Shown: one piece after another, positions 1-9,023 of the stretch
Position numbering within the stretch: position 1 is the stretch's first letter
Layout: every line of letters begins with the position of its first letter
Position numbers and translations under genes: made by a program
The notes under the pieces: generated by a model
What the model was told of the DNA's origin: nothing
Databases searched by the model: none
The model's input: only the letters and a program-made list of their open reading frames with translations
Source of the DNA: a virus
IMG/VR virus record: IMGVR_UViG_3300009008_000009
Coordinates: 63,742-127,741 of that record
Direction: 5' to 3' (one strand)
DNA length: 64,000 bases

Positions 1-46
1 GGTTTGCTCGTCAATAGCACTGGCTTCAGAAACTCCGGGCATCGCG

Positions 47-541
47 CTATCCCTCTCGAATAACTCGCTCGACGTCGGCTGCGTCAAACCCAAACTCCAT
101 CGCGACAATCTTAGCAACATGTGAAATGAATTCGTCGTCCTGCCGCCAATCGTCGATCAAAAGATCTTCTCCACGCAAGTCTGCCTCGGCCTGCGTGACC
201 GCTCGACGGATATGAGAGTCAGATGCGTCCTTGACGATGTCTCGCTTACTGGAAGCTCGACCTATCTGGGAGTGACTCACCACTACTGTGTCACCGCGTC
301 GCTGCGCTTCCTTGCCGAATCCAGATAGATCACCGGAAAGGTCGGCCTCTGTGACCCCAGCGATCAGCTCGTCTGCTTCATCGTCAGACGCTACCCGGAC
401 GGTGGTGTTTGCTGCAATGCGCTTGAGCTGCCCACCAACCCGAACAGTCTGGGTTGGAACCTCGGCACGTGGGTCGTTACGGTCAAGAAAACCGTCGTCC
501 CCCCTGTCTCCGATGGACTTATTTACAAATGAGGGCATCAC
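47..541 (-). CDS. Hypothetical late protein, possibly head-associated
   Basis: 164-aa ORF coupled to the upstream ORF; carries basic-Ala motifs (KRIAA, VRVAS, RASSKR, RRA) like those in the head-module proteins. Confidence 0.55.
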   Translation of the reverse strand: MMPSFVNKSIGDRGDDGFLDRNDPRAEVPTQTVRVGGQLKRIAANTTVRVASDDEADELIAGVTEADLSGDLSGFGKEAQRRGDTVVVSHSQIGRASSKRDIVKDASDSHIRRAVTQAEADLRGEDLLIDDWRQDDEFISHVAKIVAMEFGFDAADVERVIREG

Positions 542-1074
542 TAGCTCCCTTCGTATCGAACAACATCCTTAAGAGTGTAGGCACCACTACGGTATAGCTT
601 AATGGCTTCCTGCGACTTACGGATGATGTAAACGTATATCTCAGCGTCAGTCATATCGAGCTCGTGTCCGACTAAGGGCTGAACATCCTTCATCTCACCG
701 GACTCAAGCAACGAAATGATGTTTGAGTTTGCCGGAGTTCCCTTCGTGAGCTTGACCTTGAGCTCTTCCAGCCTGAAGTCAAGTTCCCGAAGTGAGGCGG
801 AGACCCAAGAATCGAATGTATCGCTCTGGCTCCACTTCGGGCTACCAGCAAGAATAAAGTCCCGTTCGGTCTTGTACAGGAGCTCTTTACCCTGCCCCTT
901 TTGAATCGCAGCCAGAAAGTTTTCATGCAATTCAAAGAGATAGGCAAGGTCGTCCCACTTCTGTGCGGCAGCACGTAAAAGTGGATCTACTGCTTCCGCA
1001 GAAATCGACTGCACTTCGGTGGTATCCCCGTTGACACTACTAACTATTCGTTTACCGTCTGGCCCGTAAAGCAT
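541..1074 (-). CDS. Hypothetical protein
   Basis: 177-aa ORF with a GGAGG RBS, preceded by the CTATCATT motif; no family recognised. Confidence 0.65.
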   Translation of the reverse strand: MLYGPDGKRIVSSVNGDTTEVQSISAEAVDPLLRAAAQKWDDLAYLFELHENFLAAIQKGQGKELLYKTERDFILAGSPKWSQSDTFDSWVSASLRELDFRLEELKVKLTKGTPANSNIISLLESGEMKDVQPLVGHELDMTDAEIYVYIIRKSQEAIKLYRSGAYTLKDVVRYEGS

Positions 1075-1092
1075 GAACTACCTCCATTACAG

Positions 1093-1104
1093 AATGATAG
1101 ACCT
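1093..1104 (-). promoter_or_regulatory. Putative phage late promoter element (AGGTCTATCATT)
   Basis: Identical 12-mer also at 41192-41203; core CTATCATT also at 27964, 56920 and 59782, each 19-33 nt upstream of a start codon. Confidence 0.6.
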
Positions 1105-1131
1105 GCTCATTGGTTTCTGTGCCTGAGCAGA

Positions 1132-3171
1132 CTATAGTCTCACCCCACTCGGTAACGCCGTACCTCCCCCGCCACCTTCCTGTACAGAAGTCCCCTTAGT
1201 TATCTGTCGAATGAGGTCAGGTGACGCCATCCGAGGAACAGGACTAGACGCATTACCCGGGGCCGGTGGTGTTGGACTTGGTCCGGATGGAGTCGCTGCT
1301 ACGTTCGAGAACGGGGCTGATGGAACTACCATCCCACCTGTAACACCCACCACCCGATTATTGTCCTGCATTAGTCCACGGGACGCACGACGATTGGGCT
1401 CCTGCCCCACCAGCATCTTGACTACACCAACATGACTATCAGCCGAGTCCTGAAGGTGTAGTGGCTTCTTGATCGGTTTCTGCTTCGCACTACCCGTCCT
1501 GACTAAATTGACTAACTGAGCTGGCCCAATAGTCTCTGCAAGAAAGTCCATCCCACCAATGTAGGTCTGTCTCTTTAATAAGTCGTAGTCGTCAAGGTTG
1601 ATGTTGTGCTTCTCTGCGATGATCCCCTTACGTCGGAAGCGCTCAAGCAGTTCAGCGGAGTTCCACTGGTCAGCGCCAGCAGCAACCACCTTCACATACC
1701 CGGGAATGGTATCAACCATGATAGATTCAATGTTGCTAACAGAAACCTGCACGCCAAACTTAGGATCGGGACGCCAAACCAGCTCGTCATCAATCACAAC
1801 TACGTTAACCGATACAACCTCACCTGAGAATAACTTGATTGTTCGCTGCTCATAATGGGCGATCACCACCACCGCGTCACAGTACATCTCAGCGTTATCC
1901 AGCCACATCACCCGACGCACACTGAATCTTTCGTACTGGGTCTTTGCGGCACACCCGATTATGCGCTTGCAAAGGTACTTTGTAACCTTGCCGTCAGGTG
2001 TTTGAACGTGGTCAATGTAGTCTTCGGTCCTGAACAACCGAGGTCGGAAGCTCGGGGAATTGGGATCAGTAGACGAAATGTGCGAGTAAACGTGGTCCGG
2101 GTACTCAATCCAAGCGCCGGATGTCTTCGGTGGAATGCAGAGGTACTTGGTCATCGAGTCTTCAGGACGTTGTACAAAGTCCTCTCGGTACTCTACCGGA
2201 ACCTCAATCCCTACGTTGTCAATCCCAAAGAAGGTGTCCAACCGTGGGTGCCGGAAAACGAAGGTCTCTCCGGAGTATATGTGCATACCCTTCGACTGCC
2301 ACGGGTAGGCCAGCGAAGCGACAACTCCAGCCCCTTCAGGAGTTTGAGACAACTTATACAGGTCAAGAATTATGTCGCCCTCTTCCTGACGTGGGTAAGA
2401 GAACACCAGCCCCATACCTTTAAAGGTCTTAGTCTGTCGGGAAGTTACCGATGTACGGGCGGTGTTGAAGATGGCCCAGCCCTGCTCCAGCTCCTTGGCG
2501 CTGGTAAACCCAGATATCTCATCGAGGTTGAACAGAACCGGGTTGTACCCCTCCCAGCTTTCGTTCTCCGTCGTTTCCGCTAAGCAGTGAATGTTCTTCG
2601 GAAACTTGGCCTCGTCCTGCGTAACGACAACCTTTCCCCGGACCTTATTGCGACGCTTAACCTTGCTGTGCCACTGCCCTTTATACGCAATATCAAACCG
2701 GTCTCGAAACCAGCGACTTCGCAGCAGCCAGTTACGGAAGTACGTGAAGAAGATCTCCTGCGCCTGTCGCCCCTTCTTGGCTACATTGATAATGTGAAGG
2801 GTAGATGCTGACTTGACGCCGAACAGATACTCCTGAGGAGATCGCATACATAGGAGAACGTACACGACATAGAGTGAAATTCGGGAGGCGACCTCGTCCT
2901 TACCACCCCCCTTGCCGTACACCATAACCAAGATCGAATTCTCACGGGAAGGATCGAACATCTTCTTTGGATCGTTCCCGATGAGCAGTTCCGCGTCTTG
3001 GTACTGTCTGTCCGAAAGAGAGAAGGCGTCCAAGAACGCACCGGACTCACAAAACTCCCGGAACGTAACTGGGTCTTCCTCCCAGATCATAGAGTCCGCG
3101 CCGGTCTCAGCGGCGTGAACATCTGGGAATTGGAGTTGAGTTCGCCGTTCTATTTCTTCGAGTGCGGCCAT
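1132..3171 (-). CDS. terL: Terminase large subunit
   Basis: Walker A-like YGKGGGKD, Walker B FNLDEISGF, C-terminal RNase H-fold nuclease motifs (WLDNA...DA, ADQWNS, DSAD); Pro/Gly-rich C-terminal tail. Confidence 0.9.
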   Translation of the reverse strand: MAALEEIERRTQLQFPDVHAAETGADSMIWEEDPVTFREFCESGAFLDAFSLSDRQYQDAELLIGNDPKKMFDPSRENSILVMVYGKGGGKDEVASRISLYVVYVLLCMRSPQEYLFGVKSASTLHIINVAKKGRQAQEIFFTYFRNWLLRSRWFRDRFDIAYKGQWHSKVKRRNKVRGKVVVTQDEAKFPKNIHCLAETTENESWEGYNPVLFNLDEISGFTSAKELEQGWAIFNTARTSVTSRQTKTFKGMGLVFSYPRQEEGDIILDLYKLSQTPEGAGVVASLAYPWQSKGMHIYSGETFVFRHPRLDTFFGIDNVGIEVPVEYREDFVQRPEDSMTKYLCIPPKTSGAWIEYPDHVYSHISSTDPNSPSFRPRLFRTEDYIDHVQTPDGKVTKYLCKRIIGCAAKTQYERFSVRRVMWLDNAEMYCDAVVVIAHYEQRTIKLFSGEVVSVNVVVIDDELVWRPDPKFGVQVSVSNIESIMVDTIPGYVKVVAAGADQWNSAELLERFRRKGIIAEKHNINLDDYDLLKRQTYIGGMDFLAETIGPAQLVNLVRTGSAKQKPIKKPLHLQDSADSHVGVVKMLVGQEPNRRASRGLMQDNNRVVGVTGGMVVPSAPFSNVAATPSGPSPTPPAPGNASSPVPRMASPDLIRQITKGTSVQEGGGGGTALPSGVRL

Positions 3172-3857
3172 TAGGTTATCTTAGTAGTTGGAACACCAAA
3201 GTCGTGACCGATCTTCTTCCAGCCGTCTTTAAACCCCTGCAAAACACGCTGCTTATCCTCGTCGCGCAGGGCCGGGGTGAACTCTGAATATACTAACTCT
3301 ACCACGGCCTGTAGCAAGTCACCCATACGTTCGCCGAAGTCGTGGGCCTTCTGGTACTCCTCAACATGCTCCCGGTACGCCCGAATCTCCTTAGTGAACT
3401 GGGTGATCTTCGGAGATAGACTGACCATTTGACGTGAAAGAACGATCCTGAGTTCTGGTTCGATATCCTCTGATGCCGCATCCTTCTTAAGACCTACCAT
3501 CATCTCATCGAGTCCCTTCAAGTGGGACTCAAGGAGACGAATCATCTGGTTATTGTACTCAAGAGAATCGGCAACCTTACCAAATAACTCGGTGTCGTAA
3601 ATGCCGGAAAGAACACCACCTTCCCCCTCCTGAGTTGTTTTCTCAATTGCCTGCCGTACAATCTCAGGGTAGTAGTTCTGCATCCACGAACGAATTGTAG
3701 GGATCGAAAATGTAGCTTCTTTGCCAAAGCGAGAGATCAGCCGTTTCTGAATTTTACCGGGGGACATGCGTGGGTCACCAGAAAGCCAAATGGTAATGAC
3801 CCCTGCGTGCCCAGAGTTTTGTATAGCTGCTCCATGCAGTTGCTTTGGACGTGGCAT
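3171..3857 (-). CDS. Putative terminase small subunit
   Basis: Directly upstream of terL (TAATG overlap); N-terminal HTH-like segment (SPGKIQKRL...SIPTIRSW) followed by helical/coiled-coil region. Confidence 0.5.
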   Translation of the reverse strand: MPRPKQLHGAAIQNSGHAGVITIWLSGDPRMSPGKIQKRLISRFGKEATFSIPTIRSWMQNYYPEIVRQAIEKTTQEGEGGVLSGIYDTELFGKVADSLEYNNQMIRLLESHLKGLDEMMVGLKKDAASEDIEPELRIVLSRQMVSLSPKITQFTKEIRAYREHVEEYQKAHDFGERMGDLLQAVVELVYSEFTPALRDEDKQRVLQGFKDGWKKIGHDFGVPTTKIT

Positions 3858-3859
3858 TA

Positions 3860-4486
3860 TTAGTCTCGGTTTACAACGATGCCTCGTGACTTGAACTCCA
3901 GTACGTTATCCGCACTGTCGGCCAGTGGAGGTTCGTGAGATACGATGATCAGCTGGTCCAGCATGTCATTCGACAAACGCCGGGCCAGCTCGGCAGCACG
4001 GGGAAGATCCTCCGTGGCCACCTGACTGAATGGTTCGTCGAGTACAATTGGGCCTTGAATGTCAAGCATCCGGAACAGGCAAACTCGTAATAGAAATGCG
4101 GCAATATCTACCATACCGCCGCCGATGGATTCAAACACTGGTCCGGGGGCGGGGTTACTACCGTACATGAAGGCAAAGTGGACCTCGATACGGTCGCCCC
4201 GACGTTCGAACTCGGTCTGGAATCCAAGATTACCATCATCAAACACAGTCTGAAGTCCGGTCGTCACAATCTTATCTATCTGCTCTCGGACCATTTCACG
4301 AGCCTGTGTGGAAAGAGACTCGAGAATGACCAGTGCCATCTCGTCGACCTTGATCGACTTCTCGTACCCATCGCGACGGCTTTCAAGGTCATGGAGTTTT
4401 CTCACCCGTTCCTTGTGAGCACCAAGGTCAGTTAAATACCGGTCCCGGCTGTTCCTGTAGCTCCTGAGAATTGAGTCATGACTCAT
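3860..4486 (-). CDS. Rad50/SbcC ABC-ATPase, C-terminal half
   Basis: Coiled coil, then signature SIGGG, Walker B/D-loop IVLDEPFSQV and H-loop IIVSHE; no Walker A. Confidence 0.88.
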   Translation of the reverse strand: MSHDSILRSYRNSRDRYLTDLGAHKERVRKLHDLESRRDGYEKSIKVDEMALVILESLSTQAREMVREQIDKIVTTGLQTVFDDGNLGFQTEFERRGDRIEVHFAFMYGSNPAPGPVFESIGGGMVDIAAFLLRVCLFRMLDIQGPIVLDEPFSQVATEDLPRAAELARRLSNDMLDQLIIVSHEPPLADSADNVLEFKSRGIVVNRD

Positions 4487-4733
4487 CGGAGCGGTACTCC
4501 TCTGGGATCTCAGCCTCGATTTCGTTCAGTAGTCGCTCGGCTTCACTCTCAGCGTTCTCAATAGCGGCTGGGAGATCTTTCACATTCGTAACTCCGAGCT
4601 TCTTAGCATCTTCGACCTTAACCTTCCTCTGCTCACGCAAAGTCCGAACGCGCTCTTCGGCGGCTGCGGTGTCTTTAGTAAGCTGGTCCCGTGTCTCCTT
4701 GAGATCTGCCAGCTTTTTGTCTGCTCCGTTCAT
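4476..4733 (-). CDS. Small coiled-coil protein of the split SbcCD cluster
   Basis: 85 aa with heptad pattern, coupled between the Mre11-like gene and the Rad50 C-half. Confidence 0.7.
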   Translation of the reverse strand: MNGADKKLADLKETRDQLTKDTAAAEERVRTLREQRKVKVEDAKKLGVTNVKDLPAAIENAESEAERLLNEIEAEIPEEYRSDES

Positions 4734-5722
4734 TGCGTCCCCTGTACACTTTGGATAACCTTGGCAGCCCGAGAACGACCAGCCTCAAATAGATCTGGAT
4801 CGTTGTCTCCATGTGGGAGCTGGGCGAGCATGTCCACCGGATCAAACTTCACACCTTGTTCAGTCTCGTTCTTGATGAAGTCCACCAACCTTCCTATCTG
4901 GTTCTCGTCGGGGGGCACGGGGGCTGCGTCATCGAAGAGATCCGATCCCGGAACAGCAACGGGGCACTTCACAATGTCAATCCGAGGTGCTATGTCTCTA
5001 CCATAGATCTCGATGTACGCTACTGATGGAATCCGACTCCGACTGTCCTTCGTACCCTTCAGCCGGGCCAGCGACCCGGGGTTACAAAATACAACTCCAT
5101 CCCCCCGCGTGTAAACCCCGTACCCGGGGTGGTAATCACCTGAAAGAACGAGGTCTGCGTTGACATCAGCTTCTTCAAGTAACGTGTGGTCGAACCCATC
5201 TGGAAGCGAGTGTTCAACCAATGTCCCATGGGCAAGTACGATGTCATACGCTGCGTCGTCCTCGTGATCGATGAAGTACCGGCCACGGCCACCATCAAGC
5301 CCCGGTGAATGAGGAATGGAAGTTATACGAATATCGTCACCCACCCGGATGGACTCACCCCGACGAAGAATGATAGCTGTTTCCGACGCCATTAAAGAAC
5401 CAAGCGCAGATCTCTGTAGGGTGGCTTCCTGATACCCATGTATATCGTGAGACCCAAAGGTACCAATAAGTGGAGTGTGCGCTGCAGTAAGCGGACGATA
5501 TATCTGAAGCACGGCATTCACCATACCGTGTCCAACATCGTATGAGTCGAAGTGGTCCCCACCATGAAGTACAGCGTCAACCGCAAGCTCCGCCGCAAGT
5601 TCAACAACCCACCTCTGCTTAGCGAGAATTGTCTGGGGGAAGTTGTCCTTACGCCCAGATGGTGATGACCCCCGGTTGTGGGTATCAGTAACAAATAGGG
5701 CACGGAGAATTGGATCGCTCAT
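4730..5722 (-). CDS. Mre11/SbcD-like metallophosphoesterase nuclease
   Basis: Motifs TDTH, GGDHFD, GSHD, AHGT, GDYH, NPGS; start placed at ATG 5722 (GGAGG RBS, ATGA overlap). Confidence 0.9.
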   Translation of the reverse strand: MSDPILRALFVTDTHNRGSSPSGRKDNFPQTILAKQRWVVELAAELAVDAVLHGGDHFDSYDVGHGMVNAVLQIYRPLTAAHTPLIGTFGSHDIHGYQEATLQRSALGSLMASETAIILRRGESIRVGDDIRITSIPHSPGLDGGRGRYFIDHEDDAAYDIVLAHGTLVEHSLPDGFDHTLLEEADVNADLVLSGDYHPGYGVYTRGDGVVFCNPGSLARLKGTKDSRSRIPSVAYIEIYGRDIAPRIDIVKCPVAVPGSDLFDDAAPVPPDENQIGRLVDFIKNETEQGVKFDPVDMLAQLPHGDNDPDLFEAGRSRAAKVIQSVQGTQ

Positions 5723-6852
5723 TTTACCTCCGATCCGCAGTAGGGACAAGCTCCAAGTTCATGGAGAAGATCATCGTACTCTTCTTCGGCCTCGGAAAGC
5801 TCACTCCGAAGTCGGTCTACCTGTTTGTCAGCCTGCTTGATATCACTATCAACATCCGCAATCGCGGAAAGAGCAGTTAATTGATCTAACACGGTGATGG
5901 CCTGATCAACGAGATCAGCCTGAACTTCCATGTTAGACAACTTCAACTTCGTCTCTCGAATGGAGTCGTTGATGTCTGAAAGGGAGTCGGACACCGCCGT
6001 GAGATCGATTACCTGTTGGATTGCCTCCTCAGCCTCGCCCCATGGAAGGTCAGAAACGGAGTGCAGCTCCTCCATCCGGGTCTTGGCTATCCGGCCATCG
6101 CGGTTAATGCGAGTCAGGTCTTCCCTGACCGACGTCAGTGACTTCACCCGGGATCGGAGATCTCGAACCGCCGACACCTTAGAGTCTAGGACAGCAAACG
6201 TCTGCTTGAGCTCCAAGACCGGAAAGCGGTCAACCTGCTCACTGAGCTCCAGTGCCCCGGCGTTCAGGGTCTTCAAGTCCCGGTTCGTGTTAACCCGGTC
6301 CTTCGAAATCTGACGCATAGATTCAAGTACAGAGTCCAGTGAGATAGCAATGGAAAATACCCGAGCAGCAACTGACCCCGGGCGGCTCATCAGGAACCCC
6401 TTATGGTTCTGCTGGTGCCCGAAGTTCATGTCAATGACGTCGTCCCGACCGGCCCCGAAAGACAGCACTGGACTGATGCCAATAACATCCATAACCTCAG
6501 CCGGAATGGTATTCCCAAACTTGGAAAACACCTGCTTATTGTCCGGGTCTTTTGAGGTTCGAACTATGTACTTATTCGACTTCAGCCGAGGCTTATCACC
6601 ACTCGTACGCTCAACGACGCGAGTAACCTTGCCCCGTTTGGTAATAAGCATCACTCGGGTCTTTGTCTGCCCGTTTGCAATGTAGAACGTACCGGTGAAT
6701 TCGTCACGGCACACAAGACGCAGAGCTCGAGTCAGTGCTGACTTACCATACCCATTACGCCCAATAACAACGTTCAACCCCGGAGTAAACCTCAGGGTGG
6801 CCTTTCGTATGGACTGGTAGTTCTCAATGACCGCCTTGCGAATGATTGTCAT
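5719..6852 (-). CDS. Rad50/SbcC ABC-ATPase, N-terminal half ending at the zinc hook
   Basis: IENYQSI, Walker A GRNGYGKS, Q-loop FGHQQ, long coiled coil, terminal CPYCG hook. Confidence 0.88.
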   Translation of the reverse strand: MTIIRKAVIENYQSIRKATLRFTPGLNVVIGRNGYGKSALTRALRLVCRDEFTGTFYIANGQTKTRVMLITKRGKVTRVVERTSGDKPRLKSNKYIVRTSKDPDNKQVFSKFGNTIPAEVMDVIGISPVLSFGAGRDDVIDMNFGHQQNHKGFLMSRPGSVAARVFSIAISLDSVLESMRQISKDRVNTNRDLKTLNAGALELSEQVDRFPVLELKQTFAVLDSKVSAVRDLRSRVKSLTSVREDLTRINRDGRIAKTRMEELHSVSDLPWGEAEEAIQQVIDLTAVSDSLSDINDSIRETKLKLSNMEVQADLVDQAITVLDQLTALSAIADVDSDIKQADKQVDRLRSELSEAEEEYDDLLHELGACPYCGSEVK

Positions 6853-7337
6853 AAGGTATCCCCACGGAGAAGGGCCTCTCTGACACAGTGAAAGTGGTAA
6901 AGCCCGATAAAGAATGCGTCCTGCACGTGCTCGGTGACGTCCTTGCGCTTTCTTGCCTGCTTCGCAAACGCAATGGAAATAGAGTCGCGGGACGGGTCAC
7001 CATGTCCAACTGCCCACTTACGTACAACCTGAATGCCGTAAGGGAAAAGACGAATGTTCAAGTTATTCATCTCTTGCTTTATGGCACCAGTATTCTCGTG
7101 CAGATTGGTTCCACCCTTACCACCCGCTGCATATGCATAGTCTTCGAACGCTACCTCCTTCACGTCGAAGACAGCGGCAATCGTGCCAATGACCCCGGCG
7201 TTGTAGGCAATGCGCTTCACAGGGTGAGTAAGGCCAGCGGGCGGAGACACCGTGGTCCAGTAGACCAACTCGTCCTCCGCCCGAAACACGCACACTCCGG
7301 TGTTGCGAAGTGCTATGTCAAGGCTCATGACGATCAA
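6849..7337 (-). CDS. RuvC-like Holliday junction resolvase
   Basis: SLDIALRNTG, AFEDY, HVQDA acidic triad in an RNase H fold. Confidence 0.82.
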   Translation of the reverse strand: MIVMSLDIALRNTGVCVFRAEDELVYWTTVSPPAGLTHPVKRIAYNAGVIGTIAAVFDVKEVAFEDYAYAAGGKGGTNLHENTGAIKQEMNNLNIRLFPYGIQVVRKWAVGHGDPSRDSISIAFAKQARKRKDVTEHVQDAFFIGLYHFHCVREALLRGDTL

Positions 7338-7340
7338 GGA

Positions 7341-8039
7341 TCAATCTTCATCATCGAAGTCGTCATCATCCTCGAACATGTCATCGTCATCGTCCTCATC
7401 GTCGTCCTCAACGGGCTTCGATTTGGACTTCTTCTTGGACGTTGACTTCTTCTTGGACGACTTCTTCTTCGGAGCTGGCTCGTCATCATCATCGTCATCG
7501 TCGAAGTCATCATCATCGTCATCGAAGTCGTCATCATCCTCTTCCTCGTCCCGCTTACTGCGCTTCGACTTGGAGGCTGTCGACTTCTTCTTGGACGTGG
7601 ACTTCTTCGACTTCTTTTTCTTCTTCGGAGCCGGTTCGTCGTCCTCGTCGTCCTCGTCGTACTCTTCGATACGTTCGATGTTGGCGTACTCCTTTTCCCC
7701 GTCCTTCTTACCGAGGGTGTGGATATAAACCACGGTGCCAATCATCTCATCGATATCGTAGTCGTCACCGATGTCGACTTCTTCGCCGTTGAGGATATTC
7801 AAGTTCTCGGTGTTCTTACCGGAGACGCCACCGTCCTCGGTGATCCAGACCACCATATTGATCTTCTGCCCGGCAAGAGCATCCTCGTACTTGCCGTTCG
7901 GCGATTCGAGAACTTCAAAGGTCAGCTCAAGGCATGGAAACTTCTTCGCGCCCTTGGTCGTCTCTTTGTAGTCCACCAACTCTGCCAGAAACTTTCCCGT
8001 GTCTTTGAGAAAGTTACCAGCCCTACGCTGGAGTTTCAT
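7341..8039 (-). CDS. Putative ssDNA-binding (OB-fold, DUF669-like) protein with a long charged tail
   Basis: Beta-rich N-domain (CLELTFEVL...EMIGTVVYI...EYANIERI), then alternating D/E and K/S blocks; start at ATG 8039 with GAGGAGG RBS; recombination-module context. Confidence 0.6.
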   Translation of the reverse strand: MKLQRRAGNFLKDTGKFLAELVDYKETTKGAKKFPCLELTFEVLESPNGKYEDALAGQKINMVVWITEDGGVSGKNTENLNILNGEEVDIGDDYDIDEMIGTVVYIHTLGKKDGEKEYANIERIEEYDEDDEDDEPAPKKKKKSKKSTSKKKSTASKSKRSKRDEEEDDDDFDDDDDDFDDDDDDDEPAPKKKSSKKKSTSKKKSKSKPVEDDDEDDDDDMFEDDDDFDDED

Positions 8040-8052
8040 GGGTACTGCCTCC

Positions 8053-8691
8053 TCAGTCTTGGTTTTCAGGTGTGAATTCACCAATTCGAGCTTGTATGTC
8101 AATAATCGATGTCTGGACCTTGATGGACGTCAGTGCAACGTCGAGTGTGCCGCTCTTGATCCTGCACACTTCAAGAAAGTCCTGACACCGGAGAATAGCC
8201 TGATCGATCTTGTCGCCGACACGTGAGATATCAGCCGTCGCATCTGCGATGTACGTGTCTCGCTCATCCTTATTCTTCTTCTCTTTGTAGTCCTTCTTCC
8301 GCATGGCAGCGGCCTTTGCATCTGAAAGGACTCGGTTGAAGTCGACACGGAGCGACTGCCACTCAGATCGAATGGCAATGGCCTCAGACCGACGAGCAGT
8401 GAGTACTTGCTTATGTCCAAGGATTGAGGCTGCGACTGCCTTCGTGTAGTTCAACCCGGCCACGGCTGGGTCTTCTGGAATATCAACGTCAAGCCGGATG
8501 ACATCGTTTTGAATGGCAGAGAAGTCTGGAATTCCTGCGGCGTCCACTGCGTCCTTAATTGCGGGAAAGTCCTCGAAAGGAGTGAAGGACATTGGAGTCA
8601 AACTCTGGGTATTCGAATCACCACCACCACGTGCAATAGGTCCGTGGTTCAATGAAACGGGCGATGAGTCTCGCCGACGATTCAGCTTCAC
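8053..8691 (-). CDS. Helical protein, possible UvsY-like recombination mediator
   Basis: Long amphipathic helices with KNKDERDTYI; lies between the RecA and SSB-like genes. Confidence 0.4.
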   Translation of the reverse strand: MKLNRRRDSSPVSLNHGPIARGGGDSNTQSLTPMSFTPFEDFPAIKDAVDAAGIPDFSAIQNDVIRLDVDIPEDPAVAGLNYTKAVAASILGHKQVLTARRSEAIAIRSEWQSLRVDFNRVLSDAKAAAMRKKDYKEKKNKDERDTYIADATADISRVGDKIDQAILRCQDFLEVCRIKSGTLDVALTSIKVQTSIIDIQARIGEFTPENQD

Positions 8692-9023
8692 TTCTTGCTC
8701 CTTTTCTCTCTATCGAGAAGACGTTCATACCGCTTTTTGATCTCAGGTTTACTGTGCCGGAAAGCCAAGTCGATCAGCCTGTCACTCTTCCGGCAAACAC
8801 GAACCTGATGGCGCATAGACGGGCGTACTGTTTCTTCGAAGATCCGCTGCGCTGCTTCCAGCGCCTCCTCCTCGGTTCCGGGCGGGTCAAGTTCAGCCTC
8901 TGCTGCCGCGCCGACTCCCAGCCGCTGTTCCCCAATGAAGTTGTAGTCCATCGAAGCCCATACCTTAACAGATTTTACTCTGACTTCACTTGCCACGTCG
9001 CGCCGCCACACTTGTTCGTTCAA
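8688..9023 (-). CDS. Hypothetical protein
   Basis: 111-aa ORF filling the gap in the operon. Confidence 0.55.
   Translation of the reverse strand: MNEQVWRRDVASEVRVKSVKVWASMDYNFIGEQRLGVGAAAEAELDPPGTEEEALEAAQRIFEETVRPSMRHQVRVCRKSDRLIDLAFRHSKPEIKKRYERLLDREKRSKK

Noticed and set aside
7334-7741. Arg/Met/Thr-rich alternative ORF
   Set aside because: A shifted-frame shadow of the low-complexity tail of 7341..8039.
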